Source of the DNA: an uncultured Methanomicrobiaceae archaeon
GTDB lineage: Archaea; Halobacteriota; Methanomicrobia; Methanomicrobiales; Methanoculleaceae
Assembly: GCA_963826525.1 (NCBI GenBank)
Contig: CAWGXH010000004.1
Location: forward strand, 32,001 to 96,000
DNA: 64,000 bases
Direction: 5' to 3'
Shown here: piece by piece, positions 22,190 through 33,295 of the stretch
How the letters are laid out: the number at the start of each line of letters is the position of its first letter
Position numbering within the stretch: position 1 is the first letter of the stretch
Program-made: the position numbers and the translations under genes
The notes under the pieces: generated by a model
Database searches by the model: none
What the model was told of the DNA's origin: nothing
Seen by the model: the letters and a program-made list of their open reading frames with translations, nothing else

Positions 22190-24182
22190 ATCGCAGATAC
22201 TCTTCGTGCTGGCCTGGCTGGTCACGATAAAGGTGCTCCAGCTCGGAGCCTGGCCGGCTCTCGACCGTACCTTCGGGCGGCTTGCACCGGCGATCGCCTA
22301 TCCGGCCTCAATCCTGATCTTTGCCGCCGCATCCTGGTACCTGGGGCTCGTCGGCCTTCCGGTCTGGCTTGCCCTCCTCCCCTTCGCAGCCCTCCTCGGC
22401 TACGGCGGGTACACGGGATTTTACACCCGTGAGAGGCTTTCAGCGGGTGCACGCTGGGATATGGTCTTCCTGATACCCTTCCTCTTCATGCTCGAGGTGC
22501 GCTACATCAACCCGACCATCTCGTACGCGGAGAAGTTCATGGATCACGCCTTCATCGCGTCGATCATGCACACGCCGACGGTTCCGCCCCTCGATCCCTG
22601 GTATGCCGGGGGGACGCTCGCCATGTACTACTACTTCGGATACTGGATCTTCGGAGCGTTCGGCCTTGCCACCGGTGTCCCCTCTCCGGTGACCTTCAAC
22701 CTCGTGCTCCCGACGGTCTTCGGTCTTGCTGCCGTATCCCTCTACGCTCTCGGGCACCTGATAATGGAACGTTACCGGTGGCTCCTGCTCCTCCCTCTCT
22801 TCATCCCAAACCCTTCCGCGATCTACCAGATGCTGATCGGCAGCACCTGGTTTGACGTACTCTGGCAGAGTACACGGACGATCCCCGATACCATCAACGA
22901 GTACCCGATCTTCTCGATGCTCTGGGGCGACCCCCACCCCCACGTCATCGGGATCTTCAACCAGGTCTTCCTGCTGCTGATCCTCGTCTTCGCCCTCGTG
23001 AAGTGGGAGGACCTTGCCACGAAGGGGCGACTCGTCGTCTGCGGCCTTGCGGCGGTGAGCCTTGGAGCAATGCCCGGGATCAACACCTGGGATGTCCTCG
23101 TGTACGCCCCCATCGTCGTCATATTCGGCATTCTCATCTGGTGGCGCTCCGACAGAAGCCTCTCGGGGGCAAAGCAGTCTTGGATGCTGCTTCTTGCCGT
23201 GCCGCCGCTCTCGATTGCGCTGTATCTCCCCTACTATCTGCAGCTCCAGAGTGCCGGGGTCGAGGGGGTCGGGATCGTGCCGACGCCCTCCGACCCGGGT
23301 GCGTTCCTGCTCGTTCACGGGTTCTTCCTCGCGATCCTCTTCGCCTACTGTGCACGCGATATCGTAAAAAAACCATATATTCTCCTCGTTACAGTGCCTT
23401 TTCTGGCGACGGGCTACTTCGCCGCCGCCATTGCAGCCGTTCCGCTCGCCTACCTCCTTGCCCGGCGCCGCCTCACGGTACCGGAGCGACTGGCCGTCAT
23501 CGGCCTCGCCATCATCCTCATCACCGAGATCTTCTACCTGAAGGACAACATGGGCGAGACCTATTACCGGATGAATACGATATTCAAGTTCTACCTGCCG
23601 GCATGGATCCTGATGGGCACCGCCGGTTTCGCCATCATCGCAGGGTGGCTCGATAAAGCCGGGGTTATGGATCGGATATCGGAACGCTCCGCCCGGGCAC
23701 TCCCGGTGCTCGCGGTAGTGCTCCTTCTCGCCGCCCCGTTCGCGATTAACGTCGACTTCGGCTACGGCACCCATACCCTCGACGGGCTTGCATACCTCGA
23801 TAGTGCGCACCCCGGCGACGCAGCGGCGGTGGCGTATCTTCGCAGCCTCGAAGGTGATCAGCGGATCGTTGAAGCGGAGGGCGGCGACTACACCTATTGT
23901 TCGCGGATCTCATCGTTCACGGGCATTCCCACCATCATCGGGATGCCGTTTCACGAGTATATGTGGCGGAACGACTGGCCGTCCGTCGCGGAGCGGACAG
24001 ACGACGTCCGTGCAATCTACGAAGAACCCTCGCGCACCGTCGAACTGATGCGGAAGTACGACGCTACAATCCTCTACGTCGGCGATCCGGAACGGGAGAA
24101 GTACCGGGTTTCGCTCCCGGCGGAAGGACTCATCGAGATCTATAACAAGCAGGGCGTACAGATCTACCGGGTAACCCCCTGA
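22176..24182 (+). CDS. DUF2298 (YYY) GT-C-like membrane protein
   Basis: EKFMD, PPLDPWYAG..MYYYFG, INEYP, GDPHPH, NTWD, RMNTIFKFY. Confidence 0.85.
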   Translation: MAAGESQILFVLAWLVTIKVLQLGAWPALDRTFGRLAPAIAYPASILIFAAASWYLGLVGLPVWLALLPFAALLGYGGYTGFYTRERLSAGARWDMVFLIPFLFMLEVRYINPTISYAEKFMDHAFIASIMHTPTVPPLDPWYAGGTLAMYYYFGYWIFGAFGLATGVPSPVTFNLVLPTVFGLAAVSLYALGHLIMERYRWLLLLPLFIPNPSAIYQMLIGSTWFDVLWQSTRTIPDTINEYPIFSMLWGDPHPHVIGIFNQVFLLLILVFALVKWEDLATKGRLVVCGLAAVSLGAMPGINTWDVLVYAPIVVIFGILIWWRSDRSLSGAKQSWMLLLAVPPLSIALYLPYYLQLQSAGVEGVGIVPTPSDPGAFLLVHGFFLAILFAYCARDIVKKPYILLVTVPFLATGYFAAAIAAVPLAYLLARRRLTVPERLAVIGLAIILITEIFYLKDNMGETYYRMNTIFKFYLPAWILMGTAGFAIIAGWLDKAGVMDRISERSARALPVLAVVLLLAAPFAINVDFGYGTHTLDGLAYLDSAHPGDAAAVAYLRSLEGDQRIVEAEGGDYTYCSRISSFTGIPTIIGMPFHEYMWRNDWPSVAERTDDVRAIYEEPSRTVELMRKYDATILYVGDPEREKYRVSLPAEGLIEIYNKQGVQIYRVTP

Positions 24183-24335
24183 ATAAACGCAGCCGGGTCA
24201 GTGAGAGCCCGACAGGGAAACGGCGACTGCCTGATCGGCATCATCACGCTTCCGGAGAGAGGGAGCAGGAATTCACCCGGATAACAAACATTTATCCCTC
24301 CGGTAATTGAAATAATATAGTGACATTCGATCATC

Positions 24336-24383
24336 AACTGATGAATGATGAAGGAGACGAGCTGCTCCTGAATGAGGTGAGTT
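24336..24383 (+). promoter_or_regulatory. Kink-turn element in the rpl7ae 5' UTR overlapping the SD
   Basis: GAT bulge + GA-AGGAG / CTCCT-GA; a second GAT-GA/GA unit pairs into GAGGTGA. Confidence 0.7.
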
Positions 24384-24752
24384 ATGGCAAAGGTATACGT
24401 TAAATTCGAGATTCCGGATGATATCCAGAATAAGGCGCTTGAAGCACTTGAGATCGCACGCGACACCGGTAAGGTCAAAAAGGGCTCAAACGAAGCGACC
24501 AAGGCAGTCGAGCGCAGCATTGCCCAGCTGGTTCTCATCGGCGCAGATGTTGAGCCTGAAGAGATTGTGATGCACCTGCCCCCCCTCTGCGACGAGAAGC
24601 AGATCACGTACATCTTCATCAGCAAGCAGAACGATATCGGCGCCGCAAGCGGCCTTGATGTGGGTTCCGCGGCTGCTGCGATTGTAAAGCCCGGCAAGGC
24701 AAAGGAACTCGTCGAAGAGATTGCCAAGCAGGTCAGCGCACTGAGAGCGTGA
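24384..24752 (+). CDS. rpl7ae: 50S ribosomal protein L7Ae
   Basis: [15 protein letters not shown]...[17 protein letters not shown]. Confidence 0.97.
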   Translation: MAKVYVKFEIPDDIQNKALEALEIARDTGKVKKGSNEATKAVERSIAQLVLIGADVEPEEIVMHLPPLCDEKQITYIFISKQNDIGAASGLDVGSAAAAIVKPGKAKELVEEIAKQVSALRA

Positions 24753-24762
24753 GGTAATTTCT

Positions 24763-24972
24763 ATGGCAAACGACGGAACGCCTGCAGAAGTGATTGAAGT
24801 CATCGGCATCACCGGGATGCACGGTGAGGCACAGCAGGTAAAGTGCCGCATTCTCGACGGACCGAACAAAGGGCGTATCATCACCCGCAATACGGTAGGC
24901 CCGATCCGGGAAGGCGATATCCTCTCGCTGCTCGAAACCGAGCGCGAGGCCAAGAAACTCTCGAGACGGTGA
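24763..24972 (+). CDS. rps28e: 30S ribosomal protein S28e
   Basis: [14 protein letters not shown]...[24 protein letters not shown]. Confidence 0.96.
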   Translation: MANDGTPAEVIEVIGITGMHGEAQQVKCRILDGPNKGRIITRNTVGPIREGDILSLLETEREAKKLSRR

Positions 24973-24977
24973 AGTGA

Positions 24978-25169
24978 ATGGTAGAGACATACGTGTGCAA
25001 TTTCTGCGGGGAGCAGCTTGAGCCCGGCACCGGCAAGATGTTCGTCCGCAAGGACGGAGCCCTCTTCTACTTCTGCAGCACCAAGTGCCAGAACAACTAC
25101 AAGCTCGGCAGGGTGCCGCGCCGTGTCGAATGGACGGCCGCCGGGCGCAAGGCACGTGGAAAAGAGTGA
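24978..25169 (+). CDS. rpl24e: 50S ribosomal protein L24e
   Basis: [28 protein letters not shown]. Confidence 0.96.
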   Translation: MVETYVCNFCGEQLEPGTGKMFVRKDGALFYFCSTKCQNNYKLGRVPRRVEWTAAGRKARGKE

Positions 25170-25175
25170 TGCAGG

Positions 25176-25625
25176 ATGGACCGCACCTTCGTTATGGTCA
25201 AGCCTGACGGCGTGCAGCGCGGGCTCGTCGGAGAGATCGTCTCCCGATTTGAGTCCAAGGGTCTCAAGATGGTCGGAGCCAAGCTCGAACGGCTCCCGGA
25301 GGAGCGCGTCGCCGACCAGTACCGCGAGCACCTCGAAAAACCCTTCTTCCCGGGGTTAAAGCAGTACATCATGAGCGGACCTTGCTTCCTGATGGTCTTT
25401 GAGGGCAAGAACGTGGTGCCGATCGTCCGCCGGATCGTCGGCGCCACAAACCCCGCAGAGGCCGAACCAGGCTCCATTCGCGGAGATCTTGCTCTCGATA
25501 TCGGGCGGAACGTGATCCACGCATCCGACTCCCCCGAGAGCGCCGACCGTGAGATCGGCATCCACTTCAAACCCGCAGAACTGGTCGCTTACACAAGAAT
25601 CGACCAGGGCATGCTGTACGAGTAA
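25176..25625 (+). CDS. ndk: Nucleoside diphosphate kinase
   Basis: [35 protein letters not shown]. Confidence 0.97.
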   Translation: MDRTFVMVKPDGVQRGLVGEIVSRFESKGLKMVGAKLERLPEERVADQYREHLEKPFFPGLKQYIMSGPCFLMVFEGKNVVPIVRRIVGATNPAEAEPGSIRGDLALDIGRNVIHASDSPESADREIGIHFKPAELVAYTRIDQGMLYE

Positions 25626-25641
25626 TATCCCAAAACGGGGT

Positions 25642-25652
25642 ATTCTTTTTTT
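25642..25652 (+). terminator. Oligo-T terminator after ndk
   Basis: ATTCTTTTTTT 17 bp after the stop codon. Confidence 0.45.
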
Positions 25653-25858
25653 CCGAATCCACAATGCACCGAGCGGAGCCGTTTTTACGCCGTGCATGAC
25701 TCTGAACCGTCGTTCGGGGAAGCCGCGGTGCCGGAACAAAAGCAGCCCGACGGAAAGGGAGCACCGGGCCGTTTCATCCCGCCAGGGAGCGGGATTCTTG
25801 CTCCCGTACCCTCATAAAACCAAAAGCCCTATATCAAAATCTGCCGCACATATGGACG

Positions 25859-26509
25859 ATGGCGGGCGATCTGCTGAGCTTTATACTCTTAAGCTTTTCC
25901 TCGATGATCATCGTGATCAATCCGCTCGCCGCCACCCTGATCTACGTCTCGCTCACCGAGACCATGGATCGCGAGAGCAGGATCAGTACTGCATGGGAGG
26001 CGAGCAGGTTCGCCCTTATCGTTCTCCTCGTCTTCACTATCGCCGGAGGGTTCATCCTGCAGCTCTTCGGCATCACGATCGAGGCGTTCAGGATTGCCGG
26101 AGGACTTCTGCTCTTCGGTATCGGTATGGAGATGGTCTACGCAAAGACCTCCCGAACGAAGATGACCGCGACGGAGAAGTACGAGGGGCAGGAGACCGAC
26201 GATATCGCCGTCATGCCGCTTGCAATACCCATGATCACAGGGCCGGGCGCCATTACGACCGCGATCGTCCTGATGAACGAGGCAATGGACATGAACATCC
26301 TGGCGCTCCTTATCGTTCCTCTCTCGGCCATCGTCTCCATCCTCATCACCTACTACATGATGAAGAACGCAGACTACATCACCAAACGTATCGGGCAGCG
26401 GGAGTACCGGGCGGTCAACCGGCTTATGGGAATGCTGCTCATCGCAATAGCGGTGCAGTTCGTCATTCTCGGAATACAGACCGCATTTCCACTGCTCAAA
26501 GGAGGGTAA
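25859..26509 (+). CDS. MarC family membrane protein
   Basis: INPL, FRIAGGLLLF, PLAIPMITGPGAI, RLMGMLL. Confidence 0.9.
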   Translation: MAGDLLSFILLSFSSMIIVINPLAATLIYVSLTETMDRESRISTAWEASRFALIVLLVFTIAGGFILQLFGITIEAFRIAGGLLLFGIGMEMVYAKTSRTKMTATEKYEGQETDDIAVMPLAIPMITGPGAITTAIVLMNEAMDMNILALLIVPLSAIVSILITYYMMKNADYITKRIGQREYRAVNRLMGMLLIAIAVQFVILGIQTAFPLLKGG

Positions 26510-26513
26510 CTCT

Positions 26514-26723
26514 ATGGATACACCGGATCTGACAACATCGGGGGCACTACTCACCAGTCTCAGCATCATCGCCGGGGGCATCATCATCGGGGCGATGATC
26601 TTCCGGATACCCGTACCGCTCGCACCGTACATCATGGTGACGCTTGCACTCCTCGTCGTCATCGGCGCGGCCGCCCTTCTCGCAGGCTGCAGAGAGTGCG
26701 GAGAGAGAGCATCGGGGAAATGA
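26514..26723 (+). CDS. Small two-TM membrane protein
   Basis: Two hydrophobic segments; tightly spaced between marC and the nitrilase gene. Confidence 0.55.
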   Translation: MDTPDLTTSGALLTSLSIIAGGIIIGAMIFRIPVPLAPYIMVTLALLVVIGAAALLAGCRECGERASGK

Positions 26724-27520
26724 CCACGATCGGCATCGCCCAGGTGGCAAGCTTCGGTCGCGACCCGGCGGAGAACCGCCGCCGGGCAGATGTTCTGGCC
26801 GGCAAGGCCGCCGAAGCGGGAGCAGAACTCGTCTGCTTTCCGGAGCAGTTCGCCACCGGCTGGTCACCGACAGTCCCCGCCGGAAGCGGGGAGACGGCAG
26901 AAGGCCCGACGGTCACCGCGCTCCGGGCAACGGCGCGCGACCATGGGATCGCCGTTCTCGGATCGTTTCTTGAGTACACGAGTGAGCGACCCCGTAACAC
27001 CGCCGTCGCGATCGACGCGGCGGGCAGTATGCTCGCCACCTATGCAAAGATGCACCTCTTCTCGCCCGGGGGCGAAGATTGCCACTGCACTCCGGGAGAT
27101 GCGATCGCCACCTTCACCGCGGGCGCCATGACCTTCGGGATCGCCGTCTGCTACGATCTCCGGTTCCCCGAGCTCTTCCGGGCGTACGCCGGGGCAGGCG
27201 TCGACTGCGTTCTTGTTCCCGCCGCCTGGCCGTGCAGCAGGCTCGCTCACTTCGAGATCTTCGTCGGCGCCCGTGCGCTTGAGAACCAGTACTACGTTGC
27301 CGGGATCAATGCAGGCGGGTCGGGACGCCCGGGTGACCCGCAGTGCGGATCGTCCCTCGTGGCCGATCCCGAAGGCACCGTCATCGCCCGCGGAGGCCGC
27401 GGGGAGGACCTGATCGTCGCGCCGCTTGATCCCGACCGGATCCGCGATACGCGAAATCGCATTCCTGCCCTGAAAGACCGCAGAAGTGACCTTTATCACA
27501 GATTGCTCTCTAATAGATAG
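26720..27520 (+). CDS. Carbon-nitrogen hydrolase (nitrilase family)
   Basis: FPE, YAKMHLF, VCYDLRFPE (E-K-C triad), RALENQ. Confidence 0.9.
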   Translation: MTTIGIAQVASFGRDPAENRRRADVLAGKAAEAGAELVCFPEQFATGWSPTVPAGSGETAEGPTVTALRATARDHGIAVLGSFLEYTSERPRNTAVAIDAAGSMLATYAKMHLFSPGGEDCHCTPGDAIATFTAGAMTFGIAVCYDLRFPELFRAYAGAGVDCVLVPAAWPCSRLAHFEIFVGARALENQYYVAGINAGGSGRPGDPQCGSSLVADPEGTVIARGGRGEDLIVAPLDPDRIRDTRNRIPALKDRRSDLYHRLLSNR

Positions 27521-27528
27521 AGACATCC

Positions 27529-28284
27529 ATGCGGGGGAGCCAACACGTACTCATCAGCATCTTCTCGGTCGGCATCCTGCTGGTACCGGTAGTCCCGATA
27601 CTCGGCGTGGAGCTGACCCTCGTCGCCCTGCTCGGTGCATTCGTCGGTGCCCTCGCCCCCGATGCGGACGCAACCGACGCCGCTATCTTCCATAGGGAGA
27701 TTCGCGGCCTGAAAGGGGTTCACGGACATATCATCAATACTGCAGCTCTCGTTCTCCCCATATTCGGATATACCATCAGGTATCTCATCTACTACCCGCT
27801 CTCCCTCCTCTTCCTCGCTGCATTCGGGAAGCGCTACCGGCACCAGCACCGCGGTCTGCTCCACTCACTGATCGGGATTGCCATGACCACCTTCGTACTG
27901 CTCGCCTACATCTGGGCGATCTTTTTCTGGTGCGGGTGGGAGCCGATGCCACGGATCCCTCTGTTCGGGATCGCTTTCTTCGCCGGCTGCTTCTTCCACC
28001 TCATGGAAGATACCTGCACCCCGTCCGGGGTTGCCTGGCTCTACCCGTTCAGCCGCGTCCGTACCTGCGGAGTGATCCGGACCGCGAGTATGCTTGAGAT
28101 CAGGCCGGGATCATTCGCTCTCCTGCTCGGCCTGATCGGGGTGGCGACCGCCGCCGCAGCACTGCTCGAACTCGTCCCGATCCAGGAGCTCGCGCAGATC
28201 TCCGTCGGAGCACTCATCCTCCCGTGGCTCCTCTTCCTGGGCGCCTCACGCGTCCGGCACGGGAGAGCGAAGGGTGCGGCCTGA
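27529..28284 (+). CDS. Metal-dependent hydrolase, YdjM-like membrane protein
   Basis: N-terminal H, GALAPDAD, HRGLLHS, FHLMEDTCTPSG..WLYPF. Confidence 0.82.
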   Translation: MRGSQHVLISIFSVGILLVPVVPILGVELTLVALLGAFVGALAPDADATDAAIFHREIRGLKGVHGHIINTAALVLPIFGYTIRYLIYYPLSLLFLAAFGKRYRHQHRGLLHSLIGIAMTTFVLLAYIWAIFFWCGWEPMPRIPLFGIAFFAGCFFHLMEDTCTPSGVAWLYPFSRVRTCGVIRTASMLEIRPGSFALLLGLIGVATAAAALLELVPIQELAQISVGALILPWLLFLGASRVRHGRAKGAA

Positions 28285-28360
28285 TATCCGGCGGCGATGC
28301 CTGCGGCCGGGATCGCCCGGCTCCCATATCTATACGTACTCCGGGGAACAACATTTCTGC

Positions 28361-29577
28361 ATGTACCGTCTCGTCTGCGTTCACTGTGATGCAGCTTCAT
28401 GCACCCGATCAGATCATCTATACCTGCGAGCGATGTGGTCACCTGCTGGCCGTCTGCTACGATATCGATACCCTCACCATAGAGAGAGAGGTCTGGGACC
28501 GGCGGCCCCTCTCGGTATGGCGGTACCGCGAGCTCCTGCCGGTCAGGGGCGAGCCGGTCACCCTCCAGGAAGGCGGCACACCGCTCTACCACCTCAAAAG
28601 GCTTGGGGAAGAGATGGGACTTACCGAGCTCTACGCCAAACACGAAGGCATGAATCCGACCGGTTCGTTCAAAGACCGCGGCATGACCGTCGGCGTCAGC
28701 ATGGCACTCGAACTCGGCAAGACGAGCGTTGCCTGCGCGAGTACCGGAAACACCTCCGCAAGCCTTGCCGCGTACGCTGCAAAGGGCGGTATCCCGGCGG
28801 TCGTGCTCCTTCCTGCAGGGAAGGTGGCGGTCGGGAAAGTCGCACAGGCGCTGATGCACGGCGCCCGGGTCATCTCCGTCCGCGGCAACTTCGACCGCGC
28901 CCTCGAGATGGTGCACGAGCTCTGCATCTCCCACGGGCTCTACCTGTTAAACTCGGTCAACCCCTTCCGACTCGAAGGCCAGAAGACAATCGGCTTTGAG
29001 GTGATCGACCAGCTGCACGGGAACGTTCCCGACAGGATGGTTCTTCCGGTCGGGAACGCCGGAAACATCTCCGCAGTACACAAAGGCCTGCAGGAGCTGA
29101 TAGCGCTCGGGTTCATCGACCGGCTCCCCATGATGACCGGAATTCAGGCGGCAGGCTCTTGCCCGGTCGTCAAAGCTCATCGAGCAGAATCTCCCCGAGC
29201 TGATCCCCGAGCAAAATCCCGAGACCGTGGCGACCGCCATCAGGATCGGCGCTCCGGTCAACGCCGAGAAGGCACTCACCGCCATTCGGCAGACAGGCGG
29301 CATCGCGGCATCGGTGACGGACGACGAGATCCTCACAATGCAGCGTGACCTTGCCCGGAAAGAAGGAATCGGCGTCGAACCGGCATCCGCAGCGTCGGTC
29401 GCCGGTGTACGAAAACTGATCGAGAGCGGCATCATCGACCGTGACGAACGGATCGTCTGCGTGGTCACCGGACACTTGCTGAAAGACCCGGAAACAGTGG
29501 TGAAACAATGCGAACCCCCAACCGAGATCGATGCAGATCTGCAGTCTTTGCTCTCTGCATTGCATTTGCACTCATAA
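28361..29577 (+). CDS. thrC: Threonine synthase (frameshifts near 28395 and 29175)
   Basis: N-terminal Zn ribbon, NPTGSFKDRG, ASTGNTSAS, NSVNPFRLEGQKT, PVGNAGN, VEPASA, TGHLLKD. Confidence 0.92.
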
Positions 29578-30119
29578 CCGTCCCGGCAGGCGCCCTCTCC
29601 GCAGAGTTCCAGATACTGGAGAACGGCACTGCATACCGGGCAAGTATGGAGATCACCGGAACCGAGCATGGATTCTGGGAGCAGGGAATGCTCGGCGAGC
29701 GTGTTCCGCTTGGTGTGGAGGATCTTCAGGTGATCGGCGCAGACGGTCCCGTTGACTTCACGTGGAGGGATGGCGGCACCATCACCTTCCCCGAAGGCAA
29801 CTATACCGCCACCTATCGCGGAGCCATCCGGAATAACCACCTGCAGGCACTCTTCAACGAGCCGTATACGGTCACCGTCACCCTTCCGGAAGGGCTCGAC
29901 GTCCGAAACCCGCTCCTTGCCATGATCAGTCCCGGCGGGGGGATCGGTGGCGGGGAGAATGACACGCTCACAGTCGCATGGTCGCGGACCACCTATATCG
30001 AACTGCGGTTTTACGACCCCGGGCGCGAGATTCTACTCAATACCTTTGTGACCATCTGGGTTGTGATGGCGGTCGTACTGCTCTTCCCCTATCTTCTGAC
30101 CCGGCTCAGAGAGGAGTGA
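29508..30119 (+). CDS. Exported protein with C-terminal TM anchor (DUF5803-like)
   Basis: Signal-peptide-like N-terminus, VTLPEG..VRNPLL, C-terminal hydrophobic helix. Confidence 0.6.
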   Translation: MRTPNRDRCRSAVFALCIAFALITVPAGALSAEFQILENGTAYRASMEITGTEHGFWEQGMLGERVPLGVEDLQVIGADGPVDFTWRDGGTITFPEGNYTATYRGAIRNNHLQALFNEPYTVTVTLPEGLDVRNPLLAMISPGGGIGGGENDTLTVAWSRTTYIELRFYDPGREILLNTFVTIWVVMAVVLLFPYLLTRLREE

Positions 30120-30168
30120 CCTTTCGGAAGGCAGTGTAAAAAAAAGGCTCGGTAGGGCTCTTTTCGCC

Positions 30169-31068
30169 CTACTCTTTCTTCTTGATATCGATGCCGTACT
30201 TCTCGGCATTCCGGTCGGCGATAGCCTGGATCTTGGCGATCTCGTCGTCCCGACGCTGGGGCTTGAAGAGGTGGCGGAAACGCTTCTGGGTGCTGAGATA
30301 CTGGTCGACGGGTTTTCGGTTCACCTTCTTGGCTTTGGTGACGACACCGTTCTCCATCTCATAGTTCACCCAGAGGCCGGTTTCGATCGCGAGTTTGGCG
30401 ATGTTGAGCGTCTCACCGGCCTCAAAACCCCACCCGGTGCAGCAGGGTGTGTGTACCTGGACGTAGGTGGGCCCGGGAGTGTTTATCGCCCGCTCCACCT
30501 TCTTCATGAAATCCTGCGGATAGGCGATGGACGCAGTAGCAACATACGGTGCACCGTGGGCGGCGAGGATGCCGGGCATATCCTTCTTCGGCCGCTGGTT
30601 TCCGGTCGAACACGATCCGGCGGGGCTCGTCGTGGTGCTGGCATCGTATGGTGTCGCACCGGACCTCTGGATACCCGTATTCATGTAGGCCTCGTTGTCG
30701 TAGCAGATGTAGGTGATGTCGTGACCCCGCTCGAAAGCGCCGCTGATACAGAGCACCCCGATATCGAAGGTGGCACCGTCACCGCAGATGCAGATAACCT
30801 TCTCGGAACGCCCCTGTTTCTTGAGCGATGCTTCTATCCCCGATGCAACGGCGGCGGCATTCTCAAAGAGCGAGTGGATCCAGGGGATCTTCCATGCCGT
30901 CTCCGGATACGGTGTCGAGAAGACCTCCATACACCCGGTCGAGGCCACGGCGATCGCGTTCTCACCAGCGGCGTTCAGCAGGAGCCGGGCCGCAAGCGCC
31001 GGGCCGCAACCCCCGCAGGCACGGTGCCCGGACTCGAAGAGTTCGCATCCCATCGCTTTATCCGTCAT
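30169..31068 (-). CDS. porB: Pyruvate:ferredoxin oxidoreductase beta subunit
   Basis: [18 protein letters not shown]...[16 protein letters not shown]-binding motif. Confidence 0.93.
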   Translation of the reverse strand: MTDKAMGCELFESGHRACGGCGPALAARLLLNAAGENAIAVASTGCMEVFSTPYPETAWKIPWIHSLFENAAAVASGIEASLKKQGRSEKVICICGDGATFDIGVLCISGAFERGHDITYICYDNEAYMNTGIQRSGATPYDASTTTSPAGSCSTGNQRPKKDMPGILAAHGAPYVATASIAYPQDFMKKVERAINTPGPTYVQVHTPCCTGWGFEAGETLNIAKLAIETGLWVNYEMENGVVTKAKKVNRKPVDQYLSTQKRFRHLFKPQRRDDEIAKIQAIADRNAEKYGIDIKKKE

Positions 31069-32222
31069 TAGAGCACCTCCGTCCGCAGTCCGTAGAACAT
31101 ATCTCCAACACCCTTCTCCGCGAGATCGACGACCCCGGCGATATCCTTCGTTCGGACGTCCCGGCCGCCAAGACCGATAATATAGTCCTTTACCGTGATA
31201 CCCGTACCGGCCAACGCCGCCTTCACCTCGGTGCCGACGGCACCGCCGCCACCGATCGAGATGTTCTTGTCGAGCACGGCGACGGTGGAGACACCGGAGA
31301 GCGCCTTTGCGAGGTCAGCCGCCGGGAACGGCCGATACGTCCGGATCTTCGCTAAGCCCACCTTCCGCCCGGCATCACGCATCTCGTCGATGGCATCCTT
31401 GGCGGTGCCGCAGATCGACCCCAGGGCCACAATTGCGGTATCCGCATCGTCGAGGCGGTAGCCTTCGACGAGCGTGCTGTAGTCACGGCCGAACTGCTCG
31501 CCAAACTCGGCTCCCGCCCGCCTGATGGCGTCTCCTGCCCGGTGCATCGCCTGGTCGAGCTCGTAGCGGAACTCCATGTAGTACTCCGGTGTCGCATACA
31601 TCCCCATGCTTATCGGATCTTTCGCGTCAAGCCGGTGGTAGGGCGAGAACGCCGGCAGGTATGCGTCCACATCGTCCTGCGAAGGGATATCGACCGGCTC
31701 GTAGGTATGAGAGAGGATGAATCCGTCGAAACAGACGAACGCCGGGAGGAGGATGTTGTGATCCTCGGCAACTTTATAGGCGATCATGTGGAGGTCGGTC
31801 GCCTCCTGATTATCCTCAGCGTAGAGCTGCATCCATCCCGAGTCACGCAGCGAGATGGAGTCCTGCTGGTCGTTCCAGATCGAGAGCGGTGCTCCGAGCG
31901 AGCGGTTGACGATCGACATCACGATAGGCAGCCGCATCCCGGCCACGTTGAAGCAGACCTCGAACATCAGGGCGAGACCCTGCGAGGTGGTTGCCGAGTA
32001 GGTGCGCGAACCGGCGGCACTCGCCCCGAGACAGGCGGAGAGTGCGGAGAACTCACTCTCCACGGTCATGTAATCGGCATCGAGCTCACAGTTCGCCACC
32101 ATATCGGCGAGCGCCTCGACGATGTGCGTCTGCGGTGTGATCGGGTAGGCTGCGACGACCTGCGGCCGGCAGAACTTCACGATCTCGGCGACGGCATGAG
32201 AGCCTTCGGTGATCTGCAACAT
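31068..32222 (-). CDS. porA: Pyruvate:ferredoxin oxidoreductase alpha subunit
   Basis: [29 protein letters not shown]. Confidence 0.93.
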   Translation of the reverse strand: MLQITEGSHAVAEIVKFCRPQVVAAYPITPQTHIVEALADMVANCELDADYMTVESEFSALSACLGASAAGSRTYSATTSQGLALMFEVCFNVAGMRLPIVMSIVNRSLGAPLSIWNDQQDSISLRDSGWMQLYAEDNQEATDLHMIAYKVAEDHNILLPAFVCFDGFILSHTYEPVDIPSQDDVDAYLPAFSPYHRLDAKDPISMGMYATPEYYMEFRYELDQAMHRAGDAIRRAGAEFGEQFGRDYSTLVEGYRLDDADTAIVALGSICGTAKDAIDEMRDAGRKVGLAKIRTYRPFPAADLAKALSGVSTVAVLDKNISIGGGGAVGTEVKAALAGTGITVKDYIIGLGGRDVRTKDIAGVVDLAEKGVGDMFYGLRTEVL

Positions 32223-32483
32223 TTATTTCTCCTCCTGTTCCATTCTGATCCCTTTCTTCGGGCATATCTCCGCACAGATGCCGCAGCCCTTACAGTAATC
32301 GTAGTCGGGCACGAACTCCCCTTCTTCGGTCTCGAGGATACAGCCTTCGGGGCAGACGAGTGCGCACATCCCGCACTTCGTGCACTGCTCGGAATCGAAG
32401 ACCGGTTTGAATACGCGCCACGAACCGGTCTTGTTCCGCCGCGTCTGGCCGGGCCGTGCAGCACAGCCGACATTCAGCGCCAT
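32223..32483 (-). CDS. porD: Pyruvate:ferredoxin oxidoreductase delta subunit
   Basis: KTGSWRVFKP, CTKCGMCALVCP, YCKGCGICAEICP. Confidence 0.93.
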   Translation of the reverse strand: MALNVGCAARPGQTRRNKTGSWRVFKPVFDSEQCTKCGMCALVCPEGCILETEEGEFVPDYDYCKGCGICAEICPKKGIRMEQEEK

Positions 32484-33025
32484 CAGGAAGCACCTCCTGT
32501 CAGTTCGTATGCACGGCGGGCGGCGAGGACGTTCTTCTCCGCCATGCTGCCCGTAAAGCGGTGCCGCAGTGCATTCTCAAGCGCACCGAACTCGATCTCT
32601 CCGGTTGCGGCGGCGAAGGCACCCATCAGGGTGGTGTTGGTAATAGGTACACCGAGCACTTCGAGCGCGATGGATGTCGCATCGATGGTCAGTACCTTCA
32701 CACCCTCCGGAATCCCGGCATCGGGAGCCCGCTCGGTATTGATAATGGCAATGCCGCCATCTTTCAGCCCCTGAAAGACGTTCACATCCTTGATCAGGGT
32801 GCTGTCCTGCACAATGACGTAGTCAGGCTCGTACACCTGGCTGCGGAGCCGGATCTTCTTGTCGCTGAAACGGACGAATGCCTGAACGGGTGCACCGCGT
32901 CGCTCCACACCGAAGGCGGGAAATGCCTGTGCATACACGCCGCTCTCGAATGCGGCAACCGCGATCAGCTCGGCCGCAGTGACAGAGCCCTGACCACCTC
33001 TCCCATGGATACGTAACTCTCTCAA
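32483..33025 (-). CDS. porC: Pyruvate:ferredoxin oxidoreductase gamma subunit (TTG start)
   Basis: RIHGRGGQG, FGVERRGAPV. Confidence 0.92.
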   Translation of the reverse strand: MRELRIHGRGGQGSVTAAELIAVAAFESGVYAQAFPAFGVERRGAPVQAFVRFSDKKIRLRSQVYEPDYVIVQDSTLIKDVNVFQGLKDGGIAIINTERAPDAGIPEGVKVLTIDATSIALEVLGVPITNTTLMGAFAAATGEIEFGALENALRHRFTGSMAEKNVLAARRAYELTGGAS

Positions 33026-33295
33026 TGGAAACCCCTCATAATTTTACATGATTAATAATATAAATAAACCGTAGCCAGTGCGTTATCAGCCCGGGATAGT
33101 ATAAAAAGGGCACGGCGAGGTTCAGACCGAACGGGAGACCGCCGGATCTGCGATCTCTGCACAGACCAAGCAGGAGCAGCAGCATCTCCGGAACAGGAGT
33201 GTACAGTAGGTTCCGGACGGCCTATAAAGAGAGGGAGGGTTATAGCCTCTTCACCGGATACCATTCCGGCTATCACGTCGGATGCAGAAACGCCC

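Noticed and set aside
22440-23810. Long antisense ORFs (also 118-1077, 3153-4337, 31542-32774)
   Set aside because: Shadow frames of GC-rich coding genes with no recognisable motifs
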